DNA of 64,000 bases. Source: Lama guanicoe (taxonomy: Eukaryota). The position numbers and the translations under genes were made by a program. Under the pieces are notes generated by a model. The model saw nothing but the letters and a program-made list of their open reading frames with translations. It made no database searches and had not been told where the DNA came from. Shown here piece by piece: positions 12,513-24,252 of this stretch. Numbering within the stretch: the first letter of the stretch is position 1; each line of letters opens with the position of its first letter. The stretch is from assembly GCA_013239625.1 (NCBI GenBank), contig MU054391.1:4547824-4611823 (forward strand), written 5' to 3'.

Positions 12513-13351
12513 AAGAATAAAATGGAAATAAAATTTAAGGAACATTTGGAATAAACTTAAATGAAAGATTAAAGAAAAAGTACAAATCTAACTTGCATTA
12601 TGTAAAACTCTAGTAAATATTATACCTGAAGTATACAAAGAAATCTGCATGAATTTATAATGTCACTAAACAAAATATAACATATGGTTCCAGTCAAAAA
12701 AGGAAATAGCAAGTCTCAAAATGATACCAACTAACACCAACTAACTTAATGACATATAAAAACAAAAATCTATCACTATTAACACATGCTCAAACATGAA
12801 AATACAGTAAACAACAACATGACATGCACAGTATACATTATCTATTAAAAATTTACCGGGCTCATAAAAACATAATTTTTTCCATAACCAGGAGGAAAAA
12901 AACAGAAACAGACCAACACAGACATGACAGATACAAAGGAACTAGCAGATTAACACGTTAAAAAGCTAATATAATTTTATTCCAAGTGTTCACAAAGGTA
13001 GAGGAAAGCATGACCAGAAGAAGGGAAAATGATCTAAGATGAAAAAACAAACAAAGAAACAAAACAAATATGACTTTTAGAAATAAAGATAGTATAAATT
13101 AAAAATAAAAGCACAGGATTGAGTAGACTAGATGCTGCATAAAAAGATAAGTGAATTTAAAGAAATAGCAGTAGAAATGAATCACTATGAAGGATAACAT
13201 AAGTGGAGCGATAAGAGAAGAAAAAACAAAATATTTTTGCAGAAATATAGATAAAGATCTTTTTTTAATCAAACTGAATGAAAAGTATAAATCTAGAGGT
13301 CCTAAAAGCTTAACAAACCCAAGCAAAATAAGTGAAAAGGATAATATGCAA

Positions 13352-13960
13352 AGTCCCTGGGTATATATTTAAGAAAAAATACTAACTGAAAATGATACAC
13401 ACACCCTAATGTTCATAGTGGCATTATTTACAATTGCTAAGAGAAGGCAGTAACCTAAGTGTCCATCAGCAGATGAATGGATACAGATGTGGTGTGTGTA
13501 TACAATGGAGCTCTACTCAGCTGTTTAAAACAATGGAATGTTGCCATTTGCAGCAACACAGATGGACTTCAAGGGTATTATACTAAATGAGATAAGTCAG
13601 AGAAAGACAAATACTGTATGATATCACTTATATGTGAGATTTTAAAAATACAACAAACTAGTGAATATAATAAAAAAAAGGAACAGACTCACAGATACAG
13701 AAAACAAACCAGTGAAATTGCCAGTGGGGAGAGAGAAGGGGAAAGGGCCAATATAGCAGACGGAGATTAAGGGTTACAAACTATTTGGTATAAAATAAGC
13801 TACAAGGATATACTGTACACAGGGAATATAGCAAATATTTTATAATAACTATAAATGCAATATAACCTTTAAAAGTTATGAATCACTATATTGTACACCT
13901 ATAATTTATATATTATACATCAACTATACTTCAGTAAAAAGGTAAATAAAGTACAAAATA
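13352..13960 (+). mobile_element. 5'-truncated younger L1 3' end (artiodactyl type)
   Basis: 'ccctaatgttcatagtggcattatttacaattgctaa...aacctaagtgtccatcagcagatgaatgg'; ends 'catcaactatacttcagtaaaaa'. Confidence 0.85.
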
Positions 13961-15606
13961 ACAATTTTTTTAAAAATCTGGAAATATGAGAAAATGTTTA
14001 AGAAATAAGATTAAAAAGACACAATAAATAAAAAAGTAGAAAGATACTAAATACGGCAGACACCTCACCAGACACTATGCAAGTCAGAAGGCCATGGAGA
14101 GAGAATATTGAAAAGTTGTCCCCCTAAAATTCTTTATCCAGCATTTGAAAAGTGAAATAAAATGAAAATCTGAGACAGAATATGAAATAGTTCACCACCA
14201 TCAGACTTGCTCTACAAAAAATTTAAAAGATGTTTCTTCAAAAAGAAGGAAAATAATATGAAATGAAAATTTAGACATAAAAGATGGAATGAAGAGTGCT
14301 GACAATGGCAAGCATGTGGACTGGTATAAAAAAGCATGTTAATCATTTCTAGTACCTAAAAACATAAGTATTTAAAGCAGTAATAATAATGATGATGATA
14401 ATGATGATCTATCATGAGGTGATGGTGTAGGTAGAAGTAAAAGTTACCAAAATGTCACAAGGAAAAAGAAGACATCGTGGGAAGTACACTGTAATAAGAT
14501 TCTTACACTAAAAATGACCCTAAAACTACAGTGGTAAAATGTTATTTGAACATGGAGTATAATAAACTAAAATTGTGTAATGTTAACTCTAGAGCAAGTA
14601 ATAAAAATCAGAGAAACAAGTATTACTCCAATAATATAGATTAAATGGAATCATAAGAAAATTCAATGACGCCACAAAAGGCAGCAAACAAGGAAAAGGC
14701 AGTAAAGAATACATAGAAAATAGGTAACAAGTTGCAAGAGAGTAGATTTAATCTCATATACTTCCATTAACACAGTAAAAGTAGATGGACAAAGCTACCT
14801 AGTTAAAGGCAGAGACTGTCAGATGGGATTAAAAGAGAAAAAAAAAGACAACTGTATTCTATCTGTAATCTAAGTTAACTATAAAAGCAATGATAGATAA
14901 AAAATTAAAAGGGAAAAGTGCACTATTCATGCTAACACTAAATGAAAGAATTGTGGAGTTGCTATGTTAGCGTCAAAGTAGTAGTATTTCAAGATAAAGA
15001 TTACTACCAGAGATCGACTGGGACATACTATAATGATAAATAACCTACAAAAATTCTAAGTATGTAAATACATAATAAAAAAATGCTTCAATGTGCATGG
15101 TTTAAAAACATAGAGAATTGGAAGGAGAAATAGAAAAATTTGTAATTATAGTCCGAGATTTCAGCAACTCCTTAGCAATTGCTAGAACAATTTAAAGCAA
15201 ATCAATGCGCATGTAGAAGACCAGATCAAAACTGTCAATCAAACAGACCTCGTTGACATTCACAGAACATTCCATCCAACAATATGCTCCTGATATTCTC
15301 AATATGCATATGGAATACTTAAAAGTTCGATCGTACGGTGAGCTGTTAATTAAGTCTCAATGACTTTAAGAGAATTGCAATCATACAAAGTAACTTCTCT
15401 GACCACCATGGAATTAAACTGAAAATCAATAACAGAAAGTTACCTGGAAGATCCTCAAATACTTGGAAATCATATTATACACTTATGAATAATCCAGGAT
15501 TCAATAAGAAATTAAAGAGAAATCAGGAAATACTTTGAACTCAATGAAAATTAAAAACCAACATATTAAAATATCTAGATTGCAGCTTACAGCTAAAGCA
15601 ATGGGA

Positions 15607-15880
15607 TTTTTTTTAATTTTTTAGTTTTTGGACTTTCTAACATACTGTAGATTTTCATTTTAATTGAATTTACAGTTGACGAAGTTGTGTCAATTTCTAG
15701 TGTACAGCATAATGTTTCAGTGATACATGTACATACATATATTTGTTTTCATATTCTTTTTCATTATAGATTACTACAAGATACTGAATATAGTTCCCTG
15801 TGCTCTACAGAAGAAATTTGTTGTTTATCTGGTTTATGTATAGTAGTTAATATCTGCAAATCTCGAACTCTCAATTTAAC
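15607..15880 (-). mobile_element. 5'-truncated younger L1 3' end, antisense
   Basis: T-rich tail then 'tttctagtgtacagcataatgtttcagtgatacat...gatactgaatatagttccctgtgct'. Confidence 0.85.
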
Positions 15881-16379
15881 TTTACACCATTAAAGGTTTA
15901 TAGTAGAAAAGAAGAATGGTCTTAAATAAAATAGAGGATCTAATTTTCTACCTCAAGAAACCAGAAAATGAAGACTGAATTTAACTCAAATAGTAAGACC
16001 TATTTTTTTAAAGCAGAAATCAATAAAATTGAAAAAAAAAGGTCCAACAAAGAAATTCTATGAAACTAAAAACTGGTTTATGAATATATCAATAAAATTG
16101 ATAAACTTCTAGCCAGACTGATCAGAAAATAGAGAGAATGCGTCAAATATCCAAACCATGAATAAAAGAGATCTCACTACAGATCCTCTAATTATGGAAA
16201 AGATAATGAGAAAATGCCGTGAACTTCAAACATTGTAACTTCATTACAATAAATTCAATGACTTGGATAAAATGGAAAACTTTCATGAAAATGCCAAGTG
16301 TCAGTACTGAAATGAGAAGAAACAGAGTGTTTGAAACTAATATTTTATAAGGTCCTCTATTTGAAGTCCTATATTCAAT

Positions 16380-16755
16380 CTTTTTTATTCTTTTTTTAAA
16401 ATGAATTATAGTTGATTTACATTATTGTATTAGTTTCAGATGTATAACAAAGTACTTCAGTTATATGTATATATAAGTATTCTTTTTTCAGTTCTTTTCC
16501 ATGTAGGTTATTGCAGGATATTGGATATATTTTCCTGTGCAATGCAATCAGTCCTTGCTGTTTATCTATTTTGTACATGTACAATGTATCTGTTAATCCC
16601 ATAGTCTTAATTTATCCCTCCCCTTCTTCCCCTCTGGTAACCATAAGTTTGTTTTCTGTGTCCCTGAGTCTGCTTCTGTCTTGTAAATAAGTTCATTTGT
16701 ATATTTTTTATATTCCACATATAAGTGATATTATGTAATATTTGTCTTTGTTTCT
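16380..16755 (-). mobile_element. 5'-truncated younger L1 3' end, antisense
   Basis: 'tatagttgatttacattattgtattagtttcagatgta...ctggtaaccataagtttgttttct...gtaaataagttcatttgtat'. Confidence 0.88.
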
Positions 16756-16759
16756 TTCA

Positions 16760-18080
16760 TATTTCTTGTTTTTATGAATTTTTTTCACTCTTGGTGGATT
16801 GACAGTTGGGATAGAGCCTCACTGTGGATTGCAATCTTTATCATTGTATAGTGTTTATTGCTCATAGTTTTGGTTTTGTGAAAACTTCCAGGCATGGGTT
16901 GAACAACTCTGCTTCATTTTTATTTTATTCCTTGGTATCTCACCACCTCTTCTATCAAAGTTATCCTTTCTGTGTCCTTCATTGATTATAGTCCTTAAAT
17001 ATCTCCTCTCCTCTCCCCACTCAAGCTCAAATGTTTGGTTAGTTTATTATTGAAATATTTTATAAAATTTGCATTCTGTTTTCTAGTCATAAACCCCACA
17101 GTTACTCAACTTTATGTTCCTTTTCAGTCAGTTCAGTGCTACCAACAGTCTTCCTTTTCTTTCTTGCACCTGCCTCCCTCCCCCTCCTCCTCCTCCTCTC
17201 TGTCCTCCTCCTTCATCTTAAGAAATCTAGTCATCCCTTGTTTGTCTACAGCTTATTCTCTCACAGTCTGTTTTTGTTGGGTATTTGCTTTCTCTTTAAG
17301 GACTACTGGGGATTATTTTAGTTCTTGAATACTTGAGAAGCTCTGTCCAACTTTATACTTGAGTAGCAGCTAGGTTGCACCGAAACATCTTGAGTCACGC
17401 ATTCATCTCTAAGAACTTTGTAAATATTGAAATGCTGTGAAAAGGTCCAGGGCCACCTTGTCTTTTTCCCCTTCGAGAGAACTTGGTTTTTCACGATGTG
17501 CCACAAAATTAACTCTGTTCACTTTAGTGAATCATTTTAGAGTGACTTTATTCTGAATTTGTTTTTGCTGGGACATGATGCACTCTTTCAAATTGTGAAT
17601 TCCAATCTTTTTTTCTTTAATTTTCAGAAATTTTAAAAATCACTTGAAATGTCTGTCTTTCATTTTCTCTTCCACTATTCCAGGCAACATGATAGTTATA
17701 TGGTCTTCAGCACCAAGGACTTCTTCTAAAACCCTTTGTAATTTGTATCTTCTCTGTGCCATCCTCTCAAACTTACTTTTTACATCCCAGAGTGTATCTT
17801 GAGCCATGGATAGCTGTTTTTTTTATAATTAGAGTCTTATTTCCATAATGATTTTAATTTTCTCATTTTTCTGATCTCTACTTTGAGGCTCTATATATCT
17901 CCTTTGAGTTTTTCTCTCAGAGCGGTCACATTTTCATCAGCATCTTTGATTCCATGGAGAACTAGCTGTTAACTAGTTGTATTTTTAGCCGAGGGGCATC
18001 ATCTTTGTCTGGTATGTATTCTCCATTCTCTTTTCACCTTCTAACTCCCCCTTTCTGCTTGGAGTCAATCTGCAAAGGTC
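16760..18080 (-). mobile_element. Highly decayed antisense L1/HAL1 ORF1-region remnant
   Basis: T-rich strand bias; 'tatacttgagtagcagctaggttg...tcttgagtcac...gaactttgtaaatattg' resembles the reverse complement of the ORF1 end. Confidence 0.5.
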
Positions 18081-18659
18081 GTACCTTATTTGACGACAAT
18101 TTTGCAATGTGTCACTTATTTGCAGAGTAGCACTGGAGGGGGCAGAGGGTTGAGCTTGGGTACCTGGAGGGCTGCACTGAGTCCACTACCTCTGAGCATT
18201 TGTCCTGAACATTCTCCACAGAGGTACGACGGCTTTTCTGTATCAGGACGTCATGTTTCATGTGAGGTGACCCCAGCTTTAGTTTCCTGAGCCCTGTGAG
18301 TCCAGGAGGCAGTGTTTCCCGTCCACCCTTCTACACCCGTCACCTGCTTTTTTCAGAGGTGCAGTCACTGCAAAGTTCCTCATTCACTTCTATCTCCCTC
18401 CCATTTCATCAGCCAAACAGGCTGGTGGAAATCTCTCAAAGGCCACCACGGCTCATCAATCTCCGCCACTGGCACTTTCTACCCGCTTTGGAGAATGCAT
18501 CCCTCTGTCCACGGTGCTCCAGGCAGAGGGAGAGAGACTAGCTCCTCCAGGGTCACTCCTTGTCCTGAATTTGACTCAGTCATCGGTCCTTACTCCCTTA
18601 GAGAGTTTTTAATGCCATGGGGAAATGTTTTTTAGCCAACAGCAAATGATGAAAAAGGA

Positions 18660-18830
18660 TGCAAAAATCACATACTTAGAAATGGACAGAGACAATCAAA
18701 ATAGTAATGAAGATTATTATTTTTGAATAGCAGAGTTATGAATGGTTGCCATTTTTTATATTTTTAAATATCCCACAAAAGCTACATAATTACTTGCATA
18801 ATCAGAAAAATAGAATACACTAAAAAAGGA
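18660..18830 (+). mobile_element. L1ME-type 3' end fragment
   Basis: 'gagttatgaatggttgccattttttata...attacttgcataatcagaaaaa'. Confidence 0.55.
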
Positions 18831-20787
18831 GAGCAAGTTCTATATATTTCTACCAAATCCACACGTACGTTTTCACCAAACCCACGTCTAGGTCACCCCC
18901 ACCCCAGGTCCTGAGTGGACTGCTCCGCCTCCTCGGTCCCTGATCCACCAAACGGACATGAGGCTGGAACCAGATTAGCACAGGGCTCTCCCACAAAGTC
19001 GTGAGAAAGGGAAGATAAAATGACTTGAGCTTGCCGAGGGGGAGAGATCGCGACGTCACGATGAGAACCATTTCTGATCTTCTTCAATAAACTGTTCCCT
19101 AGCTTAGCCTCTGCCTTTTGCTCAGTTAAACCTCTGCAATGAGTTTTCCTTGTGAAACGGAAGCACTGCAAACGGATGCAGTCGTCCAGCTCTGGGGCTC
19201 GGACCTCACAGCTGGTGGAGCCAGAACGGCCTCCTCTCAAGGCTTTCAGCCTCGACCGCCCCCCTTGCTCGTCTCACCTTTGCCTGGAGAGGCAAAAATA
19301 CTCAGAAACATGAACAAGCTGCTGACAGAGAAGGGGCCAGACCGAGGCTGAGAAACGAATCTGACGCTTGTGACTAGTGTCCGTTCAAAAGTAAGGCTGC
19401 GTACAGTTTCTGCGTCATAAGGAAACAGACAAGGCAGCTGACGGACACTGGGCAATTTGTGACCTGAACTGAACGTGGAAGTATTTCAATGTGCCTAATA
19501 TGCCATCGTCGTGATACACAACACACACACCCGTACACTTGCATACAGTTTACAGAAATGTAGGTTGTTGCCCAACATAAGCTCAATATAAGGAAGAATT
19601 TAACAAGTAGAATGATGTGGACCGGCTGATGCTGAAGACAGTCCAATGCAATGACTCGAATGTGCCTTTGATTCTCAGAGTTGAGTCTGCAGTATGTAAA
19701 ATTCTGCCTTGGCTCACCTGCATGGTAAGCTATCTTTACACATTCTATTCGGTCATTTTAACGCTAATAAACCCAACCTAAACACCCGTCGCCCGCCCTT
19801 CCGCACAGCCACCAAATCCCAGAGCATGGCCAAAGGCGAAGATTCTCTCTGTATGATCTCTAAAGAGTTTTCAGAAATCCTCACTGGAAACAAAGTCTGA
19901 AAATGTTCAGAGGACAGTTGGCAGCCAAGACTCCAACTGTTGGATCACTTCCTGGACATTCTGTGCAAAACATCAAGTTTTAAAATGAGAACTACTGTTT
20001 ATGGATGGGGGGAGGGGGACTTTCAACAGGCACCTCCTGTCATTAGATGAATTTGCTGTGCACCTCGGGCAATTATACTGGTGGCAAAGCGATTCCTCCA
20101 GACCTTGTCCCGCAGGCGCTGTAATTAAGGAAGCCTGCATCCCCGCAGACAGAAGCTCTGCAGACAGGAAGGCAGAGCCCATCACGTTTGCCCCGGGCAC
20201 CTCTGATTCCCTGTCTCCAGGCCGTGAACAAGGCAAGTGTGTGCTCTGAACATTAACACAGCCAGAAAGAAAACATCCCACAGGGCGAATCAATACCCAG
20301 CGAAGGATAATGGATTCCTGCTCAGGCAGCTGTGTCCTGCCCCCTCCCATTAGCACCTGTCAGCCAGAGGCAGGGCCGGTCATCGGGCAACCCGCCTTAC
20401 AGCTCAACCCCCGGGGTGATCATTAGCCCCCGCCGAGGCCGAGGCACCCCACGCGGCCAAATAGTGTCCTTTTTCTCCTGAAATGCAGGCGAACAATGAC
20501 TTCTCCTCGAACAGCTGGCACAGACCTTGTTAAGCTGTCTTGTTTCACTTCTGTTTGCCCTTTGCACAGTGTGTGAGAAGAGCTCACGGGAAGGTAGAAA
20601 TCAGGTTATTCAAGTTAATTTCAGGACGTGCCCTGCTCAGAGGCTTAGAACCCATCGAAGCTGGCGTGAGTCACTGAGAGGCAGTCACAGGATGGAAACG
20701 ACGCCCCACTGGTGGTGTCAGCTGCTAGATGATCAATACCTACCCTTGGGGGCCTCTCCATAACCACCCCTTGTGACTGACAGCTCT

Positions 20788-20882
20788 GCCCCTCTCCCCC
20801 TCCTTTTTCTTTCCTTCTTTCCTCCCTCCCTCCCTTCCTCCTTTCCTTTTTCTCCTCCTCTCTTCTTTTCCCATCCTCTTTG
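20788..20882. repeat. CT-rich low-complexity (polypyrimidine) tract
   Basis: ~95 nt of almost pure C/T (ccttcttt, cctccctccctcccttcc). Confidence 0.9.
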
Positions 20883-21339
20883 TATTCCAAAGAAGAAATG
20901 GATCGCCACTGAAAGGAAGGCTTCTGATCACGGACAGAGTTAAATGCACTTTCGCTGTGACCTAGAACTTGAGGCTAGGGCCAGGCGGGGCACTGTTCCT
21001 GTGTCCTTACAGGGAAAGCTGCTATAGAAATGTCTGTGGGGTAAAGGCCCGGGGATTCTCACATATTCCAGAAACTCATCACAAACTGAGGTTTTCACCC
21101 AGACGTTTTCTGTTCTAACCAGAATTGAGAAGATAGTTCTAGACTAAGTTGGCAGAGTCCATTCAAGGTTTTCGGTTTTGTCTTTTCAACAGACTGGATC
21201 GCCCTCGTGAGCGCTGCGTGTCGATGGATTTACAGCGCAGCTGCACGCAGTTCATGTGTCTTCGTAGGTGTGTTTTCTCCTATACCCTGAAGCTTCTGAA
21301 ATGGCTGATAGCAAACCATCTGACATGCGAAATGGCAAA

Positions 21340-21485
21340 GGGGGGATGGGTGTAGCTCAGCATGCACGACGTCCTGGGTTCAATCCCCACTGAATAAACA
21401 GACAAACAAACAAATAAATAAAGTACTTCATTGAAAAGAAAAAAAAATGAAATCCACTCTGCCTTTTATGTTAACCTTTAAAAAA
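21340..21485 (+). mobile_element. Camelid tRNA-derived SINE (vic-1-like), internally deleted
   Basis: 'gggggatgggtgtagctcag...catgcacgacgtcctgggttcaatcccca' with A-box start and B-box GGTTCAATCC; A-rich tail; probable TSD aaatggcaa at 21330-21338 and 21486-21494. Confidence 0.8.
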
Positions 21486-21756
21486 AAATGGCAATGTGGT
21501 ATGCCTCAACCTAATACCGTAGGTAGATTTAAGGAAATGGGATCATGGCATTTATAGTAATTACATGTTGATTTTTTAAATTTAACTGTGTAGCATAATC
21601 TCCTGGCATTAAACACTTAAATAGTTTAAAAGTAAACAAACTAAACAAAATAATTTCCAATGGTTCATCATTTTCCATTGTGTGGATAGAAGATAAATGG
21701 TTAATCATTGCAGACTATTAATAATTTGGGGGTTTTTCTGTGTTTTAATATTGTTA

Positions 21757-21935
21757 TGTGAAAAGGAACATGAAAATGAATATATGGTGTATATCTGCAT
21801 GGCTGGGACATTATGGTGTACACCAGAAATTGACATATTGTAGCTAACCATACTTCAATTTAAAAAAAAATAAAAATAAGAGCTCTATGAGGCTGAAAAA
21901 TAAAATAATAAAGACTTCCATCAGCTAGCAAAAAA
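21757..21935 (+). mobile_element. Short 5'-truncated camelid L1 with probable 3' transduction
   Basis: L1 3' end 'gggacattatggtgtacaccagaaattgac...catacttcaatt' followed by an A tail; 10-bp TSD aatattgtta at 21747-21756 and 21936-21945. Confidence 0.85.
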
Positions 21936-23149
21936 AATATTGTTACAAAAAGCATCCATATCTCAAGTTTCTTCCGTCATGTCACCGATACTTTGAACTT
22001 AACTGTGAAAGATGTGCTCTCCAACAGAACAGCAAAAGTGAGCACTTCACATTTGGTAAATTAAGCTCAATTTTTTAATAATGGCAATAAATCAAAGACT
22101 GCTAGTATGTACACTTGACCTTGATCTCCCACAAAATTAGTTTTTGCGTTCTACAGCTTTTCCTGCCTAAGTATTTATCTTCTACCATCACTAAGATACA
22201 TGCTGCCATCTAATTGCTGAAATAGTCTTCCTGATTTAATAATATCCTCCACGTGGGGACACCAACACTGCTACAGACTCACGGGGCTGTGCTGTCTGAC
22301 CCCAGCCAGCACCACTGACCAGGTAAGTCAAAATGCGTCCCCCTCAGCCACCTGGAACGAGTGGGACCCTTACGAATAAGACTGCAAGAAGGAGATGGGG
22401 ACACACAAAGACAAAGGGGAAACAAAGAGGGAAACATTCACTTAGAAACCATTTCTGGGATCATTAATTTGAAAATCTGAAACAGAGCAAATGCTTCTGT
22501 TTCATTCAGGCAGAAGCTTAAGCGGGAGACCGCCGGGCAATGTGCACACCGACTGCACCTCAGCCTTCCCCAGGACGTCTTCCATGGGGATGAGTCGCCA
22601 GCTTCCGTCTGCTCTGTCGTATTTCACCAAGCAGGTGATGGAAAGCGACGTAGCAAACCCCCACCAGGGTCACACCAGCTCTCAACCAGCCACATCCATT
22701 TTGCAAATGGCGGAAATGGGAATCCCAATGGTAGATTTCACATCCTTGCAGGGTATGTTCTTAAACGGTTCAAAATAAAACATGAAATTCATTTAAGCAA
22801 TTTCAATTCCAAGGAACTATAGAGAATGAAGATTCTGAAAAATGGTTTTGCCTCCACTAGCTCTCCAGGTTCAAATTAAAATTGAAGAGTGTCTATTTGC
22901 TGAGTTCTAGTCACCCTATACATCCCAAGACAGGGAGGAATTTCAGCCAAATAGCCTGAAACTTCTGTAGCACGTGTAGCCCGTGTTTTCTTTTTCACTC
23001 CCGACTTTCCCTGTCCAGACAACATACATTTATTTCCTCTAGAACCTTTGAGGCTGGTTTTGGTGTCCTTTCCAGAAATAGGAGGAAGAGGCTCAGCCAT
23101 TTGTAAGTAAAAAGCAGCAGTTGAGGAACAATTACAATAATTTGCACAT

Positions 23150-23350
23150 TGATAATATTTGCATTTGAAATTGCAAAGAGCTTTGCAAACTTACAAGTGT
23201 TATTTCCTTATCTTTATTATTATCTTATAATAAAGACTATTTCCTAATCTTTATTAGAAAACTAAGATGCAACTCCCCAAGGCAGTAAGTTAGCTGCAAA
23301 GTCAATAGCAGAAGCAGTAAGTCCTGAGTTTTCTTTCTGAGCTCCCTTAC
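23150..23350 (-). mobile_element. MIR fragment
   Basis: 'gaaaactaag...actccccaagg...agtcaatagcagaagcag'. Confidence 0.45.
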
Positions 23351-24049
23351 GTCCAGAAATGCAGAGAAGGCATCGCTGGGGCCGGCCCGCTGGCAGGACA
23401 GCACATACATAAACCCCTGAGAGCACGTGGAAATCATTGCTGGTCCCAGAAAAGGTCTTTTGTTGTCCATGAGATGATTGATCACATGTTCACAGCTGGA
23501 GATTAAACAGACCCCAAGATGCAACAATCACCACCTTTTGGAATAACCAGAAGTGTAATAAACCTGAGTGGGGGGACCGGGTACCAGAAACCACTCCTCC
23601 TCCGCAAGCCCAGCTGCTTCTCCTGCCCACCCTCTACTGAATGCTCAACACTAATTGTATTTTTAAATGTCAAACGCTATTTATTTTGACATTTAAAAAA
23701 CTGTCTTTGGAAAGTCAAAACAGTATCTTTAAAGATGAACAATCCTGATAGTAAATTTATAGCTTTAAAGTCAACATATATTTCTCCCTCTGCTCTGCTC
23801 TGCTGGTGGGTTTTGAAGTCTTCTGCAGAAACAAGAAGTAACGTTGGTCTTTAGAGGTAATGTTTCAACGCGCTAACCAAAACGTAAACTAGCGGGCTCA
23901 TGGAAACCGTGTTTACTTTTAGGAGCTCACACAAACAAATACACGTGGTCACACGTACATCACAGAAAATTGGTATATGCTGAATGCATTTTCTGTTTTT
24001 CAACCAATGTTTCAAATTAAACACAAAGTCAGTTTGTTTTGTAGGACTG

Positions 24050-24252
24050 TTTAATCTGTGCGGATAAATTGGGGTTGCTGTCTGTTTTTGCAAATAAAGT
24101 GTTATTGGCACCCAGCCACACTTATTCATGTAGGGATTGTCTATGGACTGCCTTCATGCTACAACAGCAGGGTTGAGCAGTCAAGACAGAGATCCTACAA
24201 AGCCAAAAATTTACTATCTGGCCCTTTACAGAAACATTTTGACAATCTCTGG
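24050..24252 (+). mobile_element. hAT-Charlie MITE (MER58A-like)
   Basis: 'ctgtttttgcaaataaagtgttattggcacccagccac...atttactatctggccctttacagaaac'. Confidence 0.85.

Larger units (their letters stand above)
12520..16360 (+). mobile_element. Old L1 ORF1 plus ORF2 endonuclease remnant (interrupted by younger L1s)
   Basis: ORF1 end 'gcagacacctcaccagacactatgcaagtcagaagg'; endonuclease-region 'ttaaaggcagagactgtcagatgggattaaaa' and 'ttctctgaccaccatggaattaaactgaaaatcaataacag'; many stop codons. Confidence 0.75.

Noticed and set aside
21340..21392. tRNA-like sequence
   Set aside because: Deleted D-arm/A-box region, A-rich tail and TSD indicate a SINE, not a tRNA gene.
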